From a virus: a DNA stretch of 64,000 nt. The notes beneath the pieces were generated by a model. It ran no database searches and was not told the DNA's origin. It was given only the letters and a program-made list of their open reading frames with translations. Both the position numbers and the translations under genes were made by a program. The number at the start of each line of letters is the position of its first letter. Position 1 is the first letter of the stretch. Below are positions 57,922-64,000 of the stretch, piece by piece. The DNA is taken from the IMG/VR virus record IMGVR_UViG_3300025789_001072, positions 1 through 64,000 of that record, one strand, 5' to 3'.

Positions 57922-59034
57922 TTAGTTTCCCTGTGTTATTGTAATAACGCTACCGCCAGGATGTTGAACATTTTGTGTCATTGAAGTTCCTTCTTGATTT
58001 AAGATAAGTGTAGTTGGGCTATCCTTATCCACTGTCAATTGACTATAACTATTACCACCTTGACGATACAGTGTAAGGTTAGTATCTATCTTGACATACT
58101 TTAATCCTGCTTGTTTATTTGCGGCATATTGTGGCAGCATTTGATTTTCACCGCCTAACATACTTGCCAATAGTGAAGCATTAGCGAGGTCTAACATATT
58201 AGCCAAGAACTCTACATCAAGATTATTGATACTTAACTTGTTAAATGCTGTTAGATAATCCATGTTTAATTCATCAAACTTTAAGAAATCTTTATCAAGA
58301 AAATTAATATCAAGTGCTGTTTTCTGAACATGCTGTTCTTCTTCTACTTTCTTTGGTGGTTGAAGAATAAGCATATTGTTGATTTGTTCTGGACTTAGGG
58401 CAAGTATAACAGGTTTGGTTGGGTTTTGCTCTTTAGCACTTGTAGATGTTGCCTGAAACGGCTTGTCAAGATGTACAGTTCCCATATCAGTTGTTACATC
58501 AATCTTACCAGTGATACAATCTTTATCAATGTTCTTGTAACCTACTGGACAACTTGGCAGCAGTACAATAAGACTGCGACCTAACTCATCAACAGTCATA
58601 CTAAAATCAGTTCCACGCACACCGATTGTAGCAGTAGGAGTTTCAATCTTTACACTTTGTGGATTATCTTTGGCAATCTGACCACTGGCATAGCGAGCAG
58701 TGCCGATAGCAACTTTTAATCCTAACTTTCCAGCATCACCGTGAGCAGGATCATAAACAAAATCATCGATAACAAGTTTACTTTGCTCCGTTATTTCAAC
58801 TTTGGTATCATCTTCAAATGTAATACCAACTCGTGCTTTAGCAGTAACAACGGCATCGTTCATTTCGACGCCGCTGTTTACATTGCTCGGTATGCTCTGA
58901 CTTGACCGTTGTATTTCCGTCGGCCCTGTTTGTTCAGTCACAGTTCCGATTGCAGCATTAGTTACCGCTGGTAACAGAAATACTGTTATTAGAACCAGTA
59001 CTCTTAATATTGACTGTGCTATCAGTTGTGCCAC
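57922..59034 (-). CDS. FecR-domain exported protein
   Basis: ITFEDDTKVEITEQSKLVID, ETPTATIGVRGTDF. Confidence 0.85.
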   Translation of the reverse strand: MAQLIAQSILRVLVLITVFLLPAVTNAAIGTVTEQTGPTEIQRSSQSIPSNVNSGVEMNDAVVTAKARVGITFEDDTKVEITEQSKLVIDDFVYDPAHGDAGKLGLKVAIGTARYASGQIAKDNPQSVKIETPTATIGVRGTDFSMTVDELGRSLIVLLPSCPVGYKNIDKDCITGKIDVTTDMGTVHLDKPFQATSTSAKEQNPTKPVILALSPEQINNMLILQPPKKVEEEQHVQKTALDINFLDKDFLKFDELNMDYLTAFNKLSINNLDVEFLANMLDLANASLLASMLGGENQMLPQYAANKQAGLKYVKIDTNLTLYRQGGNSYSQLTVDKDSPTTLILNQEGTSMTQNVQHPGGSVITITQGN

Positions 59035-59644
59035 TTTGAGTCACCGCCACGTTATTACTCGCACCAGTTACTTCAACCTTTGACACAAAGCCATTAGCAC
59101 CCGCTGGTCCGTTCTGACTTATATTTACCACGTTTGTATCGCCAGTTTCTTTGACATCAACGCCAGCACCCATTAGGTTTGTAGTGCTGCTGCTAATAGT
59201 AGTGTTGTTTGTGCTACCAGAAACTACTGCACTAACTGTGCTTTTAGAACCAGCGGTGATACTTGTGTTGTTTGTATTACCTGTAACATTGGCAGTAATA
59301 GCAGTATCATTACAACTGCTACTTGGTGCAGCACCACACGCAACCGTAGTATTATTGTTATCACCAGTTACAACGCTGTTAATAACGCTGTTAGCACCCT
59401 GTACATTTACTTTATTAGTATTGCCACTACCGACTTGTGAAATGCTTACGGTTTGTCCATTTCCATGAAGAGTAGTTGCGGTCGTGTCATTTCCAATCTC
59501 GTTGTTGGAACCTTGTTGATTGAGCGTGATCGTGCTTCCACTGCCCACTTGGTCGATATAAACGTTGTTTATCGTACCAGCAAAACTTTGACTCGCTAGC
59601 ATTATAACTGCAAATCCTATTGCAGATTTAATAATGTTTTTCAA
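58958..59644 (-). CDS. curlin-repeat protein (CsgA-like)
   Basis: Signal peptide, about nine x-Q-x-G-x-x-N repeats; TTG start with SD AGGAG. Confidence 0.78.
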   Translation of the reverse strand: MKNIIKSAIGFAVIMLASQSFAGTINNVYIDQVGSGSTITLNQQGSNNEIGNDTTATTLHGNGQTVSISQVGSGNTNKVNVQGANSVINSVVTGDNNNTTVACGAAPSSSCNDTAITANVTGNTNNTSITAGSKSTVSAVVSGSTNNTTISSSTTNLMGAGVDVKETGDTNVVNISQNGPAGANGFVSKVEVTGASNNVAVTQSGTTDSTVNIKSTGSNNSISVTSGN

Positions 59645-59666
59645 ATGCCTACTCCTTTAAGGAGTT

Positions 59667-60488
59667 TTACGACGCCTTCTTTTTAGTAGTCGCATAACCC
59701 CATAGATTTTTTTGTGCACCCTGTTTAATCATATCCACAACGGCTGCTTCTGTTGCCAGACGCACTGCGTATGTGGTGGGTTCGTTGACATTTGCACCAG
59801 CCTCGACTTGTAAACTCATCGTACTCTGATCTAGGAATGTGACTACTGTGCCACTTCCACCTGTGCTTAAGATTGTTTTGGTAGCGCCAGCAGAAATTAA
59901 AACCTCACCTGTATGAACGCTGATCAATCTCACAATCACAGTAACCTCGTCGGTTCTATATTGTTGATTTACGCCTATTCCTAACATGGCAGCGCCATTG
60001 CCACCACTTTGTACATTGGTATCATAACCTACGATACCACCTTCAACCATAACACCAGCAATAAGCATTGGTGATAATGGCTTGGCATCTTTTCCTTCAT
60101 AGGTTTCACGTTGGTTGCGAATTAATTGACGCTCTTTAATAAGATCATCTAAACCAACACGTTCTACAACTTGAAACCATTTTCCCTTACCTGCGTCTTG
60201 TAGTGCCTTGATAAGAAATACTTCACCACCCTGTGTTACAGCACTACTTAGCACTGAAAACTTATCATTTTCCTTGCGTTGACCAGTTTTATCACCAAAG
60301 CCATACATTGCAATAGTAATTGGTTGTCCATCTGGCGGTGGCATATTTGCCAACTCATTATAATAACTTTTAGTAACTTTCTGCGGCATGTCGCTTGCAG
60401 CAGTTGGAACTCTTGCTTCATATGGCTGAACAGTGCTACATGCTGCCAGCAACGTGGTTATAATCATTGATACGATAAATTTATACAT
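59667..60488 (-). CDS. csgG: curli secretion channel lipoprotein CsgG
   Basis: Lipobox LLAAC, DKTGQRK, SSAVTQG, WFQVVER.GL..L.KERQLIR, EGGIVGYD. Confidence 0.93.
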   Translation of the reverse strand: MYKFIVSMIITTLLAACSTVQPYEARVPTAASDMPQKVTKSYYNELANMPPPDGQPITIAMYGFGDKTGQRKENDKFSVLSSAVTQGGEVFLIKALQDAGKGKWFQVVERVGLDDLIKERQLIRNQRETYEGKDAKPLSPMLIAGVMVEGGIVGYDTNVQSGGNGAAMLGIGVNQQYRTDEVTVIVRLISVHTGEVLISAGATKTILSTGGSGTVVTFLDQSTMSLQVEAGANVNEPTTYAVRLATEAAVVDMIKQGAQKNLWGYATTKKKAS

Positions 60489-60937
60489 TAGAACTTGAAA
60501 CTCCCTATTGGAACTGTGATATCTGTACGATTGCCAGTAGCATCAATTACCGTTAAGGCGATAGTCTGCGCAGTGCTATCCTTGATCCAAGAGATAGTGC
60601 TGCCTTCAAATTGCATAGTTCCAGTAGTTGATCCATCGCTAAACATAGCATTGCTAAGTTGCAAACTTAACTGTGCATAGATGCGGCTTTCCAGATTGTT
60701 GAGAAATTTATTTAAATTGGTATTGCTAGCCGCTGCTGCGGCTGCATCTGCTTCTGCTTTTTTAGAAGCAGCAAGAGATTGACGACGAGTATATTCTTCG
60801 TTTTCAATAGTCAGAACATGACTAGAGAATCCATCACCACTAAATTGCGGGTTTTTAAATGCAAATGTCATATCACTTGCGTGAGCAAGTGTGGGAATTG
60901 TCATTAAAAATACACAAAGTGCGCTAATTTTACGCAT
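60488..60937 (-). CDS. csgF: curli assembly protein CsgF
   Basis: Signal peptide then F.FKNPQFSG, FLNNLESRIYAQLS; coupled to csgG. Confidence 0.85.
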   Translation of the reverse strand: MRKISALCVFLMTIPTLAHASDMTFAFKNPQFSGDGFSSHVLTIENEEYTRRQSLAASKKAEADAAAAAASNTNLNKFLNNLESRIYAQLSLQLSNAMFSDGSTTGTMQFEGSTISWIKDSTAQTIALTVIDATGNRTDITVPIGSFKF

Positions 60938-60943
60938 AATAAT

Positions 60944-60980
60944 ACCCTTGTAACTAATATTATTTAGTAGTTACAAGGGT
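60944..60980 (-). promoter_or_regulatory. perfect 13-bp inverted repeat with TAAATA in the loop, covering the csgF ribosome-binding site
   Basis: ACCCTTGTAACTA-11 nt-TAGTTACAAGGGT ending 6 nt before ATG. Confidence 0.7.
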
Positions 60981-61005
60981 GTCAAAATATTGGCACTTTA
61001 TTAAT

Positions 61006-61080
61006 TGGCTGGGGAAACTGGACTCGAACCAATACTAACGGAGTCAAAGTCCGCTTTTCTACCGATTAAAATATTCCCCA
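61006..61080 (-). tRNA. tRNA-Gln(UUG)
   Basis: TGGGGAA/TTCCCCA acceptor, GCGGA-CTTTGAC-TCCGT anticodon arm, GCCA end. Confidence 0.92.
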
Positions 61081-61085
61081 ATAAC

Positions 61086-61820
61086 TCAATTTTCTATTGC
61101 TTGTCCATTTGGTGCTACTAGACCTTTAACACCAGTTCTAGCAAACTCTACTACATCCGCCTTTGGCAAGAACTTATACCAAAGATGTTCAATATCTATA
61201 TATCCACCTGCATTAACACGGTCTTGCATATGTTCAACCATGTCTTCAAGAAGTAGAATAAACTCCCCCATACGACTGCCACCAAAACTATAAACACGCA
61301 ACATATGCTGTTGATCTACACCAGTCACACCTGGCGCAAACTGACTTAACATACGCTTGGAAACAACATACTTGTCGCCAACGATATCGTTCTCATAGTC
61401 TGCGGTATTAAACGTATCAGTAAGCATATAACGACCACTTACCTTAAAGATGCGATCACAGCCCTCAAACCAACCTTCTTCCTGTGCCATTTCAAAGAAA
61501 CTATGAACTACTGAAAGTTCAGTAAGATTCTTGACAATATCCTGTACTTCAATGTTATCATGAATCCAAACAACATTTTCATCGCCACTGAAATCCATAA
61601 AGTGATCAACATGTTCAACAAGCTGAGCCTTTACATCATCACTTATACCAGGTTGGCTGCAATCTGTCAAGCAAATAACGCCATTTGGAATACGTGCACG
61701 AACACTGGCAATAGTTTCTAGCGTCTGAGCAAGTCGTTCCTGCGGCTTATAGATTGAGAACTTGGCATTGATGGCACTGGTGATAAACACCCCATATTTC
61801 TTTGTTTTCTTTTTAGACAT
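61086..61820 (-). CDS. hypothetical protein, possible glycosyltransferase-like; paralogue of 19302..19988
   Basis: ITSAIN, ERLAQT, FKVSGRY, DIEH; directly downstream of rfbB. Confidence 0.55.
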   Translation of the reverse strand: MSKKKTKKYGVFITSAINAKFSIYKPQERLAQTLETIASVRARIPNGVICLTDCSQPGISDDVKAQLVEHVDHFMDFSGDENVVWIHDNIEVQDIVKNLTELSVVHSFFEMAQEEGWFEGCDRIFKVSGRYMLTDTFNTADYENDIVGDKYVVSKRMLSQFAPGVTGVDQQHMLRVYSFGGSRMGEFILLLEDMVEHMQDRVNAGGYIDIEHLWYKFLPKADVVEFARTGVKGLVAPNGQAIEN

Positions 61821-61867
61821 TTTTAAATCTTTCTTTATTAAGATTATAATACAACTATCTGCTGCCG

Positions 61868-62893
61868 CTAAAGCCAGGTATCAGACCTTAAGAGAGTCCA
61901 ATCAACAACTTGCTTAATACGTTCGGTAAGTTCAATCTTAGGTTCCCAACCAAGGCTCTTCATAAATTCACCACTTAAGGAATAACGAAGGTCATGACCA
62001 GGACGGCTAGAATGGAAATCAACCATTTCATAATGTAGTTGTTTGTCTTGCGCATTGGCAATAATCTTGGCAAGTTCAAGGTTATCAATTTCTTGCTTGC
62101 CTACGATATTAAACTTTGGACACTTTGCTCCACCAAACTCTGGTGGCATTGTAAAGTCCTTGAGATCAAGAATAAACATCAAGGCTTCGGCAACATCCTT
62201 AGCATGAATATAGTGACGTGAACCAGGTACTGTGCGAGTTTTGTCACTATGAACCGTGATTGTTTCGCCATCACGAGCCTTGCGAATACACATAGGAATA
62301 AACTTCTCTGGATGCTGACGCTCACCAAATACGTTCATGGTATGCGTTACATAGACGGGCAGACCATAGGTATTTTCATATGCAACCGCAAGTTCTTCAC
62401 CACCTGCTTTGGCAGCACTATACGGATTGCCACTGTTATAGCGATCATACTCACCGTAATTTACACCAACTGGTGCAGGACCAAATACTTCATCAGTTGA
62501 GAAATACACAAAGCGTTCTAAATTATCACACTTACGAGCAAACTCAAGAATATTGCAAGTTCCAACCACATTATCCATAACGAATTCCATAGGATAATCG
62601 ATACTACGGTCAACATGACTGCCAGCGGCCAAATGTAAAATAATGTCAACAGGACCAATGCGAGTTTTGGTAAGAGGATTGATTTCGGCTTTAAGATCAT
62701 GGAAGATTACCTTTACACGTGATCGTGTTTGTGGGCTATGGTCTTGCATCATGTCGTTTAAGCGGTTAAGATTGCCACTAAAATCCAAGCGGTCAAGACT
62801 GATGATATTCCAGTTGGTAGTTTTAAGGATATGATCGATAACATGGGTAGCAATAAAACCTGCACCACCAGTAACTAATACGTTCTTTGACAA
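61868..62893 (-). CDS. rfbB: dTDP-glucose 4,6-dehydratase-like SDR
   Basis: TGGAGFI, HLAAGSHVDRSI, STDEVFG, YSAAK, QHPEKFIP, RPGHDLRY. Confidence 0.88.
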   Translation of the reverse strand: MSKNVLVTGGAGFIATHVIDHILKTTNWNIISLDRLDFSGNLNRLNDMMQDHSPQTRSRVKVIFHDLKAEINPLTKTRIGPVDIILHLAAGSHVDRSIDYPMEFVMDNVVGTCNILEFARKCDNLERFVYFSTDEVFGPAPVGVNYGEYDRYNSGNPYSAAKAGGEELAVAYENTYGLPVYVTHTMNVFGERQHPEKFIPMCIRKARDGETITVHSDKTRTVPGSRHYIHAKDVAEALMFILDLKDFTMPPEFGGAKCPKFNIVGKQEIDNLELAKIIANAQDKQLHYEMVDFHSSRPGHDLRYSLSGEFMKSLGWEPKIELTERIKQVVDWTLLRSDTWL

Positions 62894-62927
62894 TTTATTC
62901 TCCGATTATTGATATTATTATATATGG

Positions 62928-63152
62928 TTACGATACTTTCGTCAATAAATTATTGATGATATCGTTACTAATCTTTTTAGAATGCCCATTTCTATCAACA
63001 AGCACCAACCCAATGCCTGTTGGACTTGCATCATCAGGATAAAACTCTACAGTAGCTTCACTGTCCTTACCACTATCACGCAGATAACGTTTTACCATCG
63101 TCATCATACGCATGTTAATAAACATGTTTTCACAATCAATGACATTATCCAT
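62928..63152 (-). CDS. hypothetical protein
   Basis: 74-aa ORF. Confidence 0.55.
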   Translation of the reverse strand: MDNVIDCENMFINMRMMTMVKRYLRDSGKDSEATVEFYPDDASPTGIGLVLVDRNGHSKKISNDIINNLLTKVS

Positions 63153-63166
63153 GGTTCACCTATCTT

Positions 63167-63337
63167 TCAATTAGTAATGGCAGTAATGCCACAAGCCTTC
63201 ATAAACATACCATAATGGAACCGTGGGTTACTCTGGCGGCAAACCTCTGCAATAGACTGTGCAATCTTTATGCGATTTTCAAGGCTGTCAATACAGGATA
63301 TAGCGGCGGCTAGAACTTCGAAATGTTTTTTACTCAT
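63167..63337 (-). CDS. small hypothetical protein (MSKKHF...NPRF...F.KACG), absent from the ORF track
   Basis: 56 aa translated by eye, SD-like AAGGG and sigma70-like promoter upstream. Confidence 0.6.
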   Translation of the reverse strand: MSKKHFEVLAAAISCIDSLENRIKIAQSIAEVCRQSNPRFHYGMFMKACGITAITN

Positions 63338-63415
63338 AGGATACCCTTTCTGTTGTTTGAACCAAGTAATATTGATTCGTATTATTAATATACCATATGA
63401 TTAAAATTTGTCAAT

Positions 63416-63446
63416 AAAAAAAAGACCGCTGCGAAGCGGTCTTTTT
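63416..63446 (-). terminator. intrinsic terminator
   Basis: AAAAAGACCGCT/AGCGGTCTTTTT stem with U-run. Confidence 0.85.
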
Positions 63447-63493
63447 AACGGACATCTTTAGTTTTGGCTCGTGCCGACGCCGCAGGTTCTTAA

Positions 63494-63907
63494 TTACTTT
63501 GCCTTCTTTGCCTTTGGAGCAGCCGCCTTCTTAGCACGGGGCTTCTTAACTGGTGCTGCTTCTGCCGCTACTTCTGGTATTACGACTGCACTTGGTGAAT
63601 CAACAGTTACAACAACTGGTGCTACTTCAACACGATTTGGGTTTTGATCACTCATTGCCCATTCAGCGTCACTTATGTTTTCTGGCTTAGTTGTTGCCTT
63701 TGGTGTTTCGGTGGCAGTTTCAGCAACATGTAATACTTCGTCCATCTTTGCCGCTACTGCCTGCTCTGCTTCTGCCAAATTTGCCTTGGCTTCTGCTTCT
63801 AACTTATCCAGAGGATCAACCTCTGGTGTCTTGTCTTTATGATTTAGCAACTTGTAAATCACTGCAATAAGAACAGCAAGACCAAGCAATAAAATAATAG
63901 TGTTCAT
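63494..63907 (-). CDS. membrane-anchored protein with K/A/P-rich basic tail
   Basis: N-terminal TM helix; C-terminal KKPRAKKAAAPKAKKAK. Confidence 0.65.
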   Translation of the reverse strand: MNTIILLLGLAVLIAVIYKLLNHKDKTPEVDPLDKLEAEAKANLAEAEQAVAAKMDEVLHVAETATETPKATTKPENISDAEWAMSDQNPNRVEVAPVVVTVDSPSAVVIPEVAAEAAPVKKPRAKKAAAPKAKKAK

Positions 63908-64000
63908 CGATATATCTCCTTTTTAGATATTTACTATCTATAATATGACATTTAAATTAAAATGTCAAATTATTTGTACGATGGGGAATAAAATTTAAAT

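Noticed and set aside
78-63215. Numerous short antisense or out-of-frame ORFs in the supplied track (e.g. 1365..1826+, 4533..5018+, 29412..29864+, 45690..46151-)
   Set aside because: They shadow well-supported genes, lack SD or promoter motifs and have no recognisable domains.
1-64000. Stop-codon reassignment or suppressor tRNA
   Set aside because: Long genes are intact under the standard code, genes pack tightly, and no CUA or UCA anticodon was seen; the UAA anticodon reads Leu UUA.
1-64000. Bacterial chromosome rather than phage
   Set aside because: Host-like genes are isolated from their usual operons and interspersed with T4-like replication, lysis and virion genes and late-promoter motifs.

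Overview
This is a 64-kb slice of a large, AT-rich dsDNA bacteriophage (jumbo, T4-like myophage style), with most genes on the minus strand. Phage evidence: T4-type clamp loader, Rnl1 RNA ligase, split polynucleotide kinase/phosphatase, PhoH, MazG, a spanin/holin cassette, GH19 endolysin, baseplate/tail-fibre-like proteins, many short orphan ORFs, six tRNA genes and a recurrent TAAATA late-promoter-like motif. Host-like genes include ClpA, DnaJ, GroES, IF-1, IscA, SpeD, RimK, RfbB, a PlcP/Agt-like pair, a CHASE2 cyclase and a curli (csgF-csgG-curlin-FecR-curlin) operon; a proteobacterial, possibly alphaproteobacterial, host is an inference. The most striking element is a tRNA-Leu(UAA) (36179-36311, minus) whose anticodon is interrupted by a 50-nt insert that itself folds as a miniature tRNA (acceptor stem, T-arm, 4-nt 3' tail). 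This suggests excision by tRNA-processing nucleases and re-ligation by the phage RNA ligase. A second, tRNA-like non-coding RNA lies at 56216-56349. All product calls are from motif recognition by eye; no database search or folding program was run.
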